Source of the DNA: Felis catus
Lineage: Eukaryota
NCBI RefSeq assembly: GCF_018350175.1
Contig: NC_058368.1
Location: forward strand, 186,312,001 to 186,376,000
Direction of reading: 5' to 3'
DNA length: 64,000 nucleotides
The position numbers were made by a program, and so were the translations under genes. Positions 27,349 to 40,755 of the stretch are shown piece after piece; position 1 is the first letter of the stretch; each line of letters begins with the position of its first letter. The notes under the pieces were generated by a model, which saw nothing but the letters and a program-made list of their open reading frames with translations, was not told the DNA's origin and searched no databases.

Positions 27349-27439
27349 TCATTAGGTAAGTGAATATATCAAAGAAAATAACATTTCAGTGATTATGAAT
27401 GCTGGTAACTATAGCAGTGATATAGATCATGCAGATTTC

Positions 27440-27553
27440 TCTGCACTATCAGTGCAGAGCCTGACTCAGGGCTAGAACTCACCTACCGTGAGATCATAGC
27501 CTGAGCTGAAATCAAGAGCCGGACACTTAATCAACTGAGCCACCTAGGCGTCC
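27440..27553 (-). mobile_element. Can-SINE 5' half
   Basis: ctctgcactatcagtgcagagcc...ctgagccacctaggcgtcc. Confidence 0.85.
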
Positions 27554-28092
27554 AGGTAATCATATTTTTAAATTAATGAGTAAAAGGAAGAGCTATACAA
27601 AATTTCTCATGTAAAGTGTTGTATGAACAAAGAAAAATCTGAGACCAATTGACGAGGACCTATAGAAAGACAAATTTCAATTCAGTAAGTACAGTCTATC
27701 AAGGTATCAAAAAAGAATTGATAGTAAGTTCTATGTTGCAGAACTATGTTTATGTTCAAGCAATGACAAAATCATCACTGAACAAAGGATAAATAGATGA
27801 CATTCAAGCATTGGCTCTTCAAGCTTCTGACATGCTACAAGGTGGTAATATGCACAAGCTTTGGACTTAGACCTATCCAGGCTTGGCTTCAGTTCTGACA
27901 CCCTGCGTATTCACTATGAACCCCTGGGAATGTCTCTGAGCATTACATTGCATTTTTACGTAAAATAAAGATAGTAATAATATACTCTGCCAAAGATCGA
28001 TTAGAGGAGTAAATGAGATATTCTGTGTGAAGTGCCTCACACATAAGCAAATGCATATATTTTTTAATAAAAATAATTATTAAAAAATATTA

Positions 28093-28308
28093 GGGGCACC
28101 TGGGTGACTCAGTCAGTTGGGCATCTTACTCTCGATATCAGCTCAGGTCATGGTCTCGTGGTCCAGAGATGGAGCTCCATGCTGACAATGTGTAGGTTAC
28201 TTGGGATTTTCTCTCTCCTCTCTCTCTACCCACTCCCCCCCCCTCACATGCACATGCTCTCTCATCTCAAAATAAATAAGCATTTAAAATAATAATAATA
28301 ATAATAAT
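28093..28308 (+). mobile_element. Can-SINE with (TAA)n tail
   Basis: ggggcacctgggtgactcagtc... Confidence 0.88.
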
Positions 28309-28857
28309 ACTGATTTCTGTTAATTTTTTCCAGAGTATATAACTTTGTCTTTCAGGTTTGTTTTCTCTACCTTAACACCCACCATATTTTCCCCAGAATC
28401 TTGCCAAGGTCAGAAGCTAAATCAATCCTCAGAGTCAGTATAGCATTATTACATTACTCTTCTGTCAGCCAAGGTCCTCTTTCAAAGTATTTAGGATAAG
28501 TTTTCGGTCTCAATGATGGCATGCCTATTACATTTTAAATGTTTAGAAATTTTATCTTCATAATAAAAATGAGAATTTTATTTGCAGAAATTTTCCTTTA
28601 GCTCTTCTTAACCTCTGTGCTGTGAATCTACCAAAGGGCACTGCTATATTTTGATCACTATGTAACACATTTTGGTGTAAGTGGTAAAGATGGTTATAGA
28701 GCAGGATAAAGAGGGTCAAAATCTTAGTACAAGTGAAAAGTTAGAGTTGCTATCTGAAGTTGATGCCAAAGACAAGACTGTATATGAAATGCAGTGTTTG
28801 AAAATCTGCTCCTGAAAAAAAAAATTGGCTGCTGAGTATATAAGAAAATGACATCAT

Positions 28858-29076
28858 GGGGGGCCCCTGGGTGGTTCAGTCAGTTGAGTGTCCCACTTCG
28901 GCTCAGGTCATGATCTCGCAGCTCGTGTGTTCAAGCCTCGCATCCGGATCTGTGCTGACAGCTCAGAGCCTGGAGCCTGCTTTGGATTCTGTGTCTTCAT
29001 CTCTTTCTGTCCCTCCCCTGCTCATGCTCTCTCTCTAGACTCTCTCTCTCTCAAAAATAAATAAACATTTAAAAAA
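28858..29076 (+). mobile_element. Can-SINE
   Basis: Head, (CT)n, AATAAA tail. Confidence 0.92.
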
Positions 29077-29204
29077 TGGTATCATGGAAGAAAACAATTC
29101 TACTCATTGATAAAGTGACCAATACTAGAGGTTATAATCTTATATATGATATATGTACAACAGGATGGTTGTGTAGTGATTCTTGGTGACACATTAATGT
29201 TATT

Positions 29205-29692
29205 TTGGTGGTTAATTTTATGTCAACTTGACTGGGCTAAGATTACTTAGATAGCTGGTAAAACATTATTTCTTGTGGTGTTTGTGAGGCTGTTTCCAGA
29301 AGAAATTAGTATTTGACTCAGTAGACTGAGTAAAGAAGATTTACCTGCCAGTGCAGGTGGGTGTCATCCAATCCTTTGCGAAGCTTGAATAAAACAAAAA
29401 GGTAAGGAAGAATGAATTTGCTCTCCACCTGAGCTGGGACATCCATACTTGCCTGCCCTTGGACGTCAGTACTCCTGATTTTGGGACTTTGAGACTCAGA
29501 CCAGAACATATCCCATCAGTTCCCCTGGTTCTCAGGCCTTTGGGCTTGGACTGAATTACACCACTGGCTGTGCAGACAGCAGATAGTGGGACTTACTGGC
29601 TTCCAAAATCACGAGAGTCAATTCTTGTAATAAATCTCTTATGTATACCTATGTGTCCTCTTCTGCCTTTCTGGTGAACGAACTCTAATACA
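29205..29692 (+). mobile_element. ERVL solo LTR (MLT2-type)
   Basis: tggttaattttatgtcaacttgactgggct...gactgagtaaagaagat...ggactgaattacaccactgg...ctctaataca. Confidence 0.85.
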
Positions 29693-29696
29693 CAGG

Positions 29697-30073
29697 TGTA
29701 TGCTAGCTCAGGTTGCCATAACAAAACACCACAGTCTGGGTGGCTTAAACAACAGAAATTTACCTCCTTACAGTTCCAGAGGCTAGAACCCTCAGATCAA
29801 TCAGCAAGATTGGTGTCTGTGAGAGCTCTCTTACTGGCTTATAGATGATCACTGTCTTTCTGTGTCCTCACATGGCCTTTCCTAGGTATACATGCAGAGA
29901 GTGATCTTCCTCGTTTTATGTCCATATTTTATGATCCATTAGGATTAGAGACCTACACTTATGACCTCATTTAACCTTAATTACCTCCCAAAGGCCCTGT
30001 TCCCAAATACAGTCACATTGAGAGTTAGAGTTCTAACACGTCAATTTGGGGAGACACAATTGAGTTCATAGCA
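29697..30073 (-). mobile_element. MaLR solo LTR (MLT1B/C-like)
   Basis: gccataacaaaacaccacagtctgggtggcttaaacaacagaaattt...atgacctcatttaaccttaattacc...ggggagacacaatt. Confidence 0.85.
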
Positions 30074-30705
30074 ATCCCTTCAGGTGTTCCCCCCAAAATA
30101 TACTGTTTAAAAGTGTGCCATCCACAGGCTCAAAATGTTTGAGAATTAGGAACTAAGTATCTCAGGATCCTTAACATGTTAATAATTACAATGCATTCTC
30201 TCACCTCTCCAATAATTCCATTAGATTTAATGCCTCAATTGTGTGTTTCAACAAATTCTGTGATTTTGTCAATTCATCTAGTAATTGACAGATTTGAGTA
30301 TTTAGCCTAAAAAATACATTCCTGATTTTTATTCCATAGATCAACTTCTTCTAGTGTCCACTTTCCATAATTGTTGTAATGTACCTGGTAAAAACTTAAT
30401 AAATACTTAACCACTTGTAGCTCAAAGTATCCTTACTGATGAGTGTAAGCTAGATGATTTAAAGCATAGTGGCTGTGCTGAAAATCTTTTATTGTCTAAA
30501 TTCCTATCACTGTACCTTCAGGATGTTCTGATGACTGCATTTTAGTCATATGAATCCAACTTTTTTTCCAGCTGATGGAGGAAAAGAGAATTAGACAAGG
30601 AGACAGGGAGAGAAAAGAGAAAAGAGAGAGAGAGAGAGATGAAGGAGAAGGTAGGAGAGAGGGAGAGAGAGAGGGAGGGTAGAGGGAGAGAAATACAGAA
30701 CAATT

Positions 30706-30921
30706 TAAATTTTTTTAATGTTTATTTATTATTGAGAGATAGAGAGAGACAGAGAATGAGCACAGGAGGGGCAGAGAGAGGGAGAGACACAAAATTTGAA
30801 GCAGGCTCCAGGCTCTGAGCTGTCAGCACAGAGCCCAATGTGGGGCTTGAATTCATAAACGGGGAGATCATGGCCTGAACCTAAGCCAGATGCTTAACCG
30901 ACTGAGCCACCCAGGTGCCCC
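30706..30921 (-). mobile_element. Can-SINE, preceded by a GA-rich tract (about 30595-30690)
   Basis: Reverse-strand consensus ending ccaggtgcccc. Confidence 0.93.
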
Positions 30922-33900
30922 TAATTTAAAAGACAAGGTGATTTCATTTTCTACTTTTCACCATGAGTATATGGGCTGGAGTGATCTTGAAATGATGGAA
31001 GTGAATTTCCTATTTTCTCATTCATTTTCAAATACTCTGAGTATATCATGCAACATGTGATTCTAGTATTTCAGTTATATAATTTTCATCATATGACCCT
31101 TTAGTATGACCATAACTGGACATATTGTATATTTTATTTTCCATGGACATTTTAAAGAAATACAACCTACTTCTGATGGAATATAATACTTACCTTACAT
31201 ATTGGTTTTGAGAGCAAATCTCATATACTATGTTTCTATGTCATACATCCTAATTTCAGACAAGTTAAATATGTAACATTTTGTATCATCGATATAGGAC
31301 AATTTTTAAAAAATGAAGTATCTGCACAGTGACAAAAGTATTATCATTAAGAATTGGTACTTCTCAAAAGAAAAGTAGCTAACTTATCTGTAGTCTCTTT
31401 TAGGGCAAAATAAATGTTGATTTTTAAAAATAACAGCTCTATAATTTAGTACTTCCCACATTATGTCTTGTAAAACAATCTTTTCAAATGTTTGTCTTTC
31501 CTTTGGCTTAAAGAGCCTTTGCAAAGGTGCTATGTCTTACTAGAATTACAGCAAAATGATAAGCAATAGTTGCTGGGGTTGAAACAATGAGGTATATGCA
31601 CAAGTGAAATTAGAAAGTCAAATCTTCCTGTATTCAATTACATTATTAAGATAGAGGCATTAACTGAGTTTCACAATTTTTTAAATTCAAGCATTACATA
31701 TGCATCCTATATAGATCATATATCTGCAAGTATTGTCAAATAGTATTTTTGAAGATGCCTGAACTGTTGGAACCGATCGCTGTGATCTCATGGGTTTTTT
31801 TGTTTGTTTGTTCTTGTGTTTTCCTTTTTCACTTAAATTAATCTTTGGCTGCGAAAGGCGGTTCTTCAGAGTTATGACTGTAGTCATGTTTATTCAAATA
31901 ATGAAAAATAAGGTTATCAGCAGGAAAGAACAACTTTGGGCCCTGAATTGCAATTTTCTTACACCTTTACAGAGGAAATTAAAAAATCACATTGTCTCCA
32001 CGTGGAGATATCTTGTGGTAGGAATAGATACTGCAATTTTTCTGTGGTACAAACATTTCCACACTGATCACACTCACTCAGGAAATGCGCAGAATCCAAA
32101 TTACAATAAAACTCTTTCAGCCAAGAGGGATTCAAAACCAAAACTGTTTAAACCATCATAGTACTTAGAATATATCTCAACTGGGGACTTAGAATATATA
32201 CCTTAATATCTTAGGAGATAAATATATTACATATGCCACCGTTTGCTTTGGTAATAAGGAGAAAAAGAAGACGTGATTGAGAAAAGCAGAAGAAATGTGA
32301 TGAAGATAAAATCACCCTTTCATACATAAACGAAATGCAGCTATTTCCAGCTTACCATCTTGGCTATTCTAAAACTTTCATTTTGATTTGTTTTCAAAGC
32401 TATCTAGAAAAATATGCTCATGTGTTATACTTACTGAATGTCATTACCTGCATATTAACAGTTGAGCTGCCTTTAAGAGATATACAATGATAGAAATCCC
32501 GAGTGTTCTGTCTTCACTACCCTAATGTATCCACTTGTAGATTTTTGTCAAAACAATGTTGAATCAATTATTAAGATTAACTTAAATATGAAATGCAATT
32601 TTTTTCCTTTAGCTCTTTTATGATCAATTCTAGACCACTGTGAAAACTTCACCCCAGGAATGGCAGTATCTATTTGACTAAAGAGTAGCTTAAGTTATTA
32701 TTTTGAAAAAGAAGACAGCAATCGCTTAGGCAACATCAGCAATACTGCATGATGAGAATAATTCTATAAAGCCCCTATGTATGTAAGCCCTAGCCACATA
32801 ATACCTCCCAAGAAAAGAAAATATGAATGTTATATGCCTGTAGATAAATACAAAAGGAAGACTGGAACATCATATCTATTAATAACCCAACAATTTTTTC
32901 CTCAAATGCCCTTGTTTTCAACTTTCCTTTAAATTGCTTTAGCATTTCTCTCAGTACTTGCGGCAATTTTAAGATTTTCTCCAACTTCACAGCATATAAG
33001 CTGAAAAATATATCAATAAGTCAACAACATTGTCAACTATTTTAGAGAGTTTTTTTATACATATAATTTTCTACAGTGGCTCAAGAAACAGATCAAAAAA
33101 GCTTTGAGCAACAGCTTTAAGTCTGGATCATAGGGTCATAAGTGGAATTTGATATAAAATTATTGCCTCTCTGAAAGTTTACAGAAGATATAAAGAAACC
33201 ATCTACATTATATATTTCACTTTGAGGAAAGACTCCAAAAGAGTTTTAAAAATGCAAAAAATGTGGGAAAATAATGTGTCTTCTTGACCTTCCTCAAAGC
33301 ATGAATAATTTTGTGGTATTTGTGAGCTAAGAAAAACATTTGTATGGAAATCTCTGAAGTCTTTGCCTTTCCAGCATGGTTCATGTTATTGGCACTGAAA
33401 CAGAGATATGAGTAGAGATTTTCTTCCTGTTCAGACACAACCAATTTCCAGGCCAGATCTTCATCTTGACCTTAAAAAACAATAACCCCTTCCATGTATG
33501 TCTAAAAGAAAGAGCTGTGGAATACTGCCTTACGCTATTATACTTTGCCTGAACCATATTATCATATTTTATGTATTTGACTTTTATGTGAGTTTTGTCC
33601 AGATTTGGTATCAATTATCATTTCATGAGGTGGAATGCTATAAAATTAACTAAATGCTGAGACACACAGAGTTCAGTTCTATGCCATGCATGGCAACTGA
33701 CTCGCTATGGAAACCAAAAAATCATCTGCCTACTTGTGCCTTCTATTTTCTTATCCATAAAATGAAAATAATGGTACTTGATCAGGTGGATTTTACTGAG
33801 ATTCCAAGAGACTCAGCTCAGAAAACAGATTTCAAGTGCTTTGAAATGTATAAAACATGAAGATAGCAATAAAATATTATCAGTAAAATGTTGAGAATAA

Positions 33901-34079
33901 GTGAAATTTCAAAGAATGAATAAGCTTACAAACAGAGATCTATATTATTTTGTTTCTATGGTTAAATTTAGAAAACTTTATCATTTTTTCTTACACTTTA
34001 ACAATTGGTACATGCACCTTGAGATATATATCAAAAAAAAGTCTTTTACATCTTTTAAATATGTAAATTTTAACAATAA

Positions 34080-34423
34080 ATTTTCTAATCCATGAACATG
34101 CATGTCTTTCCATTTATTTTTCATTTATTTATTTATTCCATTATTTATTTTATTTTCCATTTTATTTCTTCTTTAATTTCTTTTATCAATGTATTGTAAT
34201 TTTTAGTATACAGGTCTTTCATTTTCTTGGCCAAGTCTATTCTTAAGTATTTTGTTCCTTTTGACACTATTGTTAATAGGATTTTCTTAGTTTACTTTTC
34301 ACATATTTTGTTGTTAGTGTACAGAATTGCAACTTAATTTTCTATGTTGATTTTGTATCTTTCTACTTTACAACCCAAATATCAATCAACAGATGAATGG
34401 ATAAAGACAATGTGATAGCCACA

Positions 34424-34462
<39 letters not shown>

Positions 34463-35045
34463 TAATATTATTCAGCCTTCACAAAAGAAGGAAATCCTAC
34501 CATTTGCAACAACACGGATGAACTTGGAAGACATTGTGCTAAGTAAAATAAATAAGTCAATCAGAGAAGGGCAAACTGCATGATTTCACTTTTATGTGAC
34601 ATCTGAAATAGTCAAACTTGGCAGAAGCAGAACCTAGAATAGTTGTTTCCAGGGTACAGGAGGAGGGGGAAATAGGGAGTTGTTCAGTGGGCATAAAGCT
34701 GGAGTTATAAAAGATGAATCAGTTCCAGAGATCTGCTGTACAACATAATGCCTATAGTTAGCAATACAGTATTGTGTACTTAAAAACTGTTGAGGGTAGG
34801 TTTCATGTTAAGTGTTCTTATAACAATATGGAAGAAAAGAAGGGAGGGAGAGAGGGAGGGAGGAGAGAAGGAAAAAGAAAAGAGACACAAGAAATGTTTA
34901 GAGGTGATGGATATATTTATAATCTTGATTGTGGTTATGGATTCACGGATATATGTAGTTTTCAAACTCATAAAATTGTATATGTTAAACGTGCACAATT
35001 TTTTGTATATATGCCTCAAAAAAGTTGCAAAAAGATTTTAAATAA
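34080..35045. mobile_element. L1 (L1MA-like): minus-strand ORF2 piece (about 34080-34370) fused to a plus-strand 3' end (about 34371-35045) with internal (CA)n
   Basis: Minus piece ends ...gttgattttgtatctttctacttta; plus piece begins caacccaaatatcaatcaacagatgaatggataaag and runs to the 3' UTR. Confidence 0.8.
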
Positions 35046-35228
35046 AACTAGAGTACATACACAGACATACAGACATAGAAGCGCACTGATATACTAAAGG
35101 ACATACAGTGAATATGTTGAACTATGCAAAATAAATAAATAACCCATACTACAAATTATTGATGTTGTATTCCAAAACCTCATTTAAATAATTTGAGAAT
35201 TGAAATTGATTTTCAAACAGAAAGAAGA

Positions 35229-35444
35229 GGAGCACCTGGGTGACTCAATCAGTTAAGCATCCGACTTTGGCTCAGGTCATGATCTCATAGCCTGTGAGTT
35301 TGAGCTCTGCATCAGGATCTATGCTGACAGTTCGGAGCCTGGAGCCTGCTTTGGATTCTGTGTCTCCCTCTCTTTCTGACCTTCTCCTGCTCATGCTCTG
35401 TCTCTCTCTCAAAAATAAACACTAAAAAAATAACTTAAAAAATA
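35229..35444 (+). mobile_element. Can-SINE
   Basis: Perfect 15-bp TSD AAACAGAAAGAAGAG at 35215-35229 and 35445-35459. Confidence 0.95.
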
Positions 35445-38400
35445 AAACAGAAAGAAGAGTAAAATAAATTGAAAAATAACTTTTAAACAAAGCTTGCAAC
35501 AAAGTTGTTTTATTATTCACCCATTTTCCTGTGGACGTAAATAAGTTGAATTAGGTAAATAAGTTATAGACATGACTGCTTGAAAGAAATGTCCTGTATA
35601 ACATTATTTAGGTATGTTTGCTCTGTTCATTAATTCAAAATGTTAATCTTTAAAATAATTCTTTTAAAACTATTTGAACTCCCTAAGGTTATCATCTGAG
35701 TAATTGACCCCATAGGTAAATAAATACTGAGTTGATGTAAAAGGGAAAACGGGCAGACACAGCTATAGTTTCACAAGAGTCTGGTACTTATGCTAAAACA
35801 AAGAAGAAAATAATTTTGGTACTAAACAAGTGGAGGAACATTTTCATCTATTGATTTATACTCTTAAAAACAGTTCATTTATTTTTCTAGAGGTAGCATC
35901 ATAGTAAATGTGAAATATGGACTTTAGTTTCTTACATCATCTGGAGAAGAAATAATTGATGTCACTGATTTGTTGAGCTCCAGGCAGCTGATTAGCTACA
36001 TTACTTATAACCTGAAGGCTTTTTACTTGTGCCATAAGTATAGTCTCTGCTTTCCTACCAAAGCCCAGAGTGGTTTTTACATTACTGTGTATAAATTCAT
36101 GATTAACAATCTCTTGTAATTCTCATTATGGACATCATCCTGGTCAGGAGTGATCACCTGAGCAATCTGCATGCCGAAAATAAACACTTGGGTTAGCACA
36201 GAATCTCACCACTAATATAAATGACTTTGGAGTTGTGTTTTGTTTTGTTTTTTTTTCAGATGCCAGGAACATTGTCTGTTTCAGGATCCATATCTCTTCT
36301 ACATTGAAAGGAAGATATACTCTGACACTTCTCTGAGTGCCCAGACCCCAAAATGCCCAGAGACTGAAGAGAGAACCATTGAGCAGTAGAATAGAAAGTG
36401 AAAGAATTCAAGTCAAGTGTACACCAAGCAATAGTGTTATGTGGGTGAATCATTTTACTATTCTGGCTTTCCGTTTTCTCATATAAACTACATGTTAGAT
36501 TAATTGCTCTCTCTGATTCCCTTCTGCCTTGTCATTCTATAATATGTGTCTGAAACTGTGTTGAATCCTTTTAGATGTGGCTGCCAAACAGTAGAAATTC
36601 GATTCTTCAAGGGTGGTTCTGAGGACTAAAGTTGCACAATGTTTTCAACTAAAATTTGCCTCTTTTTATCCTTTCTGTAACCTCTTAAAAAAGTGTGCCT
36701 CAAGCATTGAGTGACTTTTCTGTTCTCCTCAAAGAAACAATAAAATTGAAATTGAAGTCAAGAAAGTAAAAATTGGAGATAATTGTGGTGAAATCATGCT
36801 AATAATTTTGAGTACTCAGTTTTTTTTTCCATAAATTATTCTCCATCATGATCCAGTTAATCATCATAATATCTCCTTGAGGGAGTTAAGTAGCTAATAT
36901 TACTAGATGAATAAAGATGCCCATTTTACTTTAAGAAGTATCTTCCCCAGCTTTATTTTTAACACTAATTACTTCCTTACCTGGAGTAGGATGAAGTATT
37001 CCAATAATACCACATATGTTCCTTTCATGTGGCCAAAAATAGATTATCTTACAGATTTATTTCATGAATTTGATGGTATTTCAAAAAAAGCAATTAGATA
37101 CCACAGTGTAGTGAATTCTAAGTTCTTATTTTCTAAATAAGACTTTAATAACTAAATTGAATCCACAGGCTTCATGAACTTATCAGCTCTTCCATTAATT
37201 TGCTATGCATTCTTGCCCAAATTCTTTAACATATTTGTTCCTCACTATAAGAAGCTGATAATTTAATTGCTCTGTTAATATTTAAATTTCTTAAATACAT
37301 TGTACAAATTCAAAATAGTATTATTTTCATTATGTCCAATATCAATATTTATCCATTGAAATGAAAACTGCCAGGGGAAACAATGACCAGCTAATGCTCT
37401 AAAACTATTTCAAGTTTGTACAAATGTGTGTACAAGGTTACAATCCTATGTATGCCCGAAGTATGTACAAAGCATACATCTAACTAGGTCTTTCTTTTTA
37501 TTTTTCAACTGAATAAGTGAATCATGGTTAAGGCAGAAATTAAATTAGGAATTTTCTCAAAGTATTTAGTATGTACTGAATTATTGAATTGGACATGATC
37601 TTAGAAATAATGTGCTCCTATTCTTGTAATGTACTGATGCTGTGTAGTAAAGTGATTTAGGAGAAAGTATTTGGGGACAAACATTGGATTTTAACTACCA
37701 CTAAGCAGCTCTGTAGACTTGGCCAAAACCTACCAGTTAATTGTTTGCAGTTTTGTAATTGAGTTATTAATTTCTAATTCATTGAATTTACTTAGTGTTA
37801 AGTAAGACAATGTATTCAAAACACTTGACATACTGAAAATAAATGGAGGGACAGAGGGTGAGAAGAGATGAAATGATGTTTCTTTGTCCAGCGAACTACT
37901 AGGTGAATTCTTTATTTGGTCCTTTAGAATTCTCTTTGACTCAATTTTCTAATGTCCTCTGTTTTCAACTGGGCCATGGAAAAGGAATGTATAAGAATCA
38001 GCCTATGGATATTTCTACTTTGTCTTCATATCTCTTAGGTTCCATTGTAGCAGTTTCCACTGAAAAACAAAATGAACAAGTTTGGGGAGTGAGCCAATTT
38101 GGCAAAGATCACTCTTCTCTTCCTGTGTTACTTAATGCCCCTAGCAGAGCATGGCACTCACTCACCCATGTCTTCTTCATTACTGCCATATTGTGTTACA
38201 AATATCTCTATTAGCACTTCCTTCCCTAGATTCTAATTATCTGTTGATGTTTCTCTCTTTTTCACTAGACTGAGTTCCTTGAGGGCATGGGGTATACATT
38301 ACTTGTGTTTGTTTTTTTTTTCTTTTTTAATTTCAACACAGCTCTGACACATGGTAAATGCCATTCAGTCTGAATGAATGAAGTTTATGTGTCAGGTTAA

Positions 38401-39639
38401 TAATGGGAAATGAATTAAGACAAAAAGAGAAAAGACAGAAAACAATCTACAGGTTTGAATTACAATTCTGTATAGTCCTGCCTATGTGAGCCTTCTTTAC
38501 AGCCTGATGGCCACACTTGATATGAATTAAATAATTGTGGGATAAATGAAGAATTGGCCACAATTACTTTAAAAATGATTATTCTATGGATATTTTAATT
38601 TTAAAATTGCAACGTTTATCCTAATTGCTATTCGCAGTATGCTATGGTTTATTGGTCTCTGCATATGTACCAGGCACTGTAGAGGGATCTCTATACCAAA
38701 ATTTAAGCTCCATGGTTATAGAGAAGTAATTTTGGTGTCCTTATTTTACAAATGAGTACATTGGAGCATGGAAGTGAAAATGATGAACTAAATTCATAGG
38801 TAATTGTATACATGTACTGGTGTTTCTCTTTCTCCAAATGACTTTATGATCATCTACTAATGAATGTCACAATGCATTCAATGTCTGATTGAAACATATT
38901 TTTGCTAATGATAGTGAGAAAAGGGTTGGACAGTTGCTAGAAAGATGAAAGGATATGAATAATGTGCATACTGGCTAATTGACCCACTTGCATTGCCTAT
39001 ATAGGAATGGAGAGAGCACTCCATCCTCTTCTAGTCTATCCTAAATATTGCTCTTCAGTGTCTAGGATAGACTCATAAACCAGGAAACAGAGGTGCCTGA
39101 TTTGCTAAAGAACTAATTAAGAGGCTACTGCTATAAACTTGCTAATATGCAAATGTCTTATATTGGCATATGCTTCTCAGTATTCTAAGCTCTTTCTCAT
39201 AAACTAGCATATAATAGGCTAGGAGAGAAGCAACAAAGTGTTCTGGTTCACACACAAGACCGAACTGGATGCAAATTCTGACTCTGCTTTTCTTTGCTGA
39301 CTGTGAGCAATTCTATGACTTTCTTTGTAAAAGATGGGAGGAAAGATCTTAATAATACCTTCCTTAACAGATTTTATAAAAATAAACTACTTAGAATATT
39401 ATATGAATTTTCAGTTAAGCAAGGCTAGCAGTTTAGGTCCATTTGAGATGACAAAAACAAACAACATTAACAACATTAAAATGACATTCAATGAAAAATG
39501 TATGGAGCATCTGTAAGATATCAGATACTGCACTAGACACTAGGTAAATAAAGAAAAATAGATTCCAAATAGCCTTCAGTTGTCTCAAATTATCAGTGGA
39601 CTCCTAAGTCATAGTTCTGTAGTCAGCTAACAGTAATGA

Positions 39640-39800
39640 ACATTTTTTTCTATACTACTTTATATAAGATGATATTTTACTCATTTTATCTTCACAACAA
39701 CCTCTTAAGATAAGAACTATTATTATCGCCAGCTTTCAGATGAGAAAACCAAGGTGGTGAGAATTTAAGTAACTTGCCTAAGATGGCATATTTAAAAAAG
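39640..39800 (-). mobile_element. MIR fragment
   Basis: tcttcacaacaacc...cagatgagaaaaccaagg...aagtaacttgcctaag (MIR core). Confidence 0.7.
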
Positions 39801-40515
39801 GGTTTAGCTGTACCAGACACCCTCACAGTCTATGCTGTCTTCTGTGAGATATTGCCTCATGTGTGTTATTTCCACTCTTATAGAATGCTTATGGGAACAA
39901 AAGGGGGGTAATAACTTCTGATCAAGATGTCACAGCAGATATTTGTGCATTCCTGCTCAATTCAAATACCCTGAAATAATATAGATTTAAAAAAATAGGC
40001 AATTAGTCATATTCAAAAAATAAAACTATATGTATCTGCAATCCCTTGGTGATAAGTTGGTATTCAAGTCATATGGTGGCACAGCAGTGGGAATCATGTT
40101 TAATCATTTGAATACTCTTGCAGAAACTGGGACTACCTGGTAAAACAGCAGAACCTATGGCTGCAGATAGCCAGATGCAGGGGCCATGCTCCTCATCAAT
40201 AAGCTGTGATTGGTAGAGCACCACGTAACCAAGAGTTACACGTTCAACTTTGCAAACCAGAAATTTGCTGTTTGCCTGTGACCCAGGAATAAAGCAGAAG
40301 CACTATGCAGGTATAGGGAGTTTATCTGTACTACTTGAAGAGGTAATACAAAATTTTGCAGAAGACAAAAATGGATTGTGGATCTTGTTTCACCATGAGA
40401 TATTGTGCAATTAACATCCCTTCTGTGAGATTGTTTCCTCACTTGTAAAATGTGCATAAACAGAATACACTTCATTGAATTGTTGTAAAGATTAAATCAA
40501 ATAATATATCCGATA

Positions 40516-40755
40516 CAGTAAAACCTTGGTTTGTGAGCATATTTCATTACAGAAACACGCTTGTAAGCCCAAGCACTTGTATATCAAAGTGACTTTCAAG
40601 AAACATTGGCTCAGTTGTGTTTATGTGACATTTAGCATCATTTACTACTCGTATTGCAAGACATTGCTAATTTATCAAGTTAAATGTATTAGAAATGTTT
40701 GCTAGTCTTGAGGAACACTCACAGGGCAAGTTACTCATAATCCAAGGTTTTACTA
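40516..40755. mobile_element. Tc1/mariner (Tigger-type) MITE
   Basis: Terminal inverted repeats CAGTAAAACCTTGG / CCAAGGTTTTACT(A), extending imperfectly to about 24 bp; TA on both sides (40514-40515, 40756-40757). Confidence 0.85.

Noticed and set aside
31790..32161. 123-aa ORF in the repeat-free block
   Set aside because: Low-complexity start, no recognisable domain or splice structure; expected by chance.
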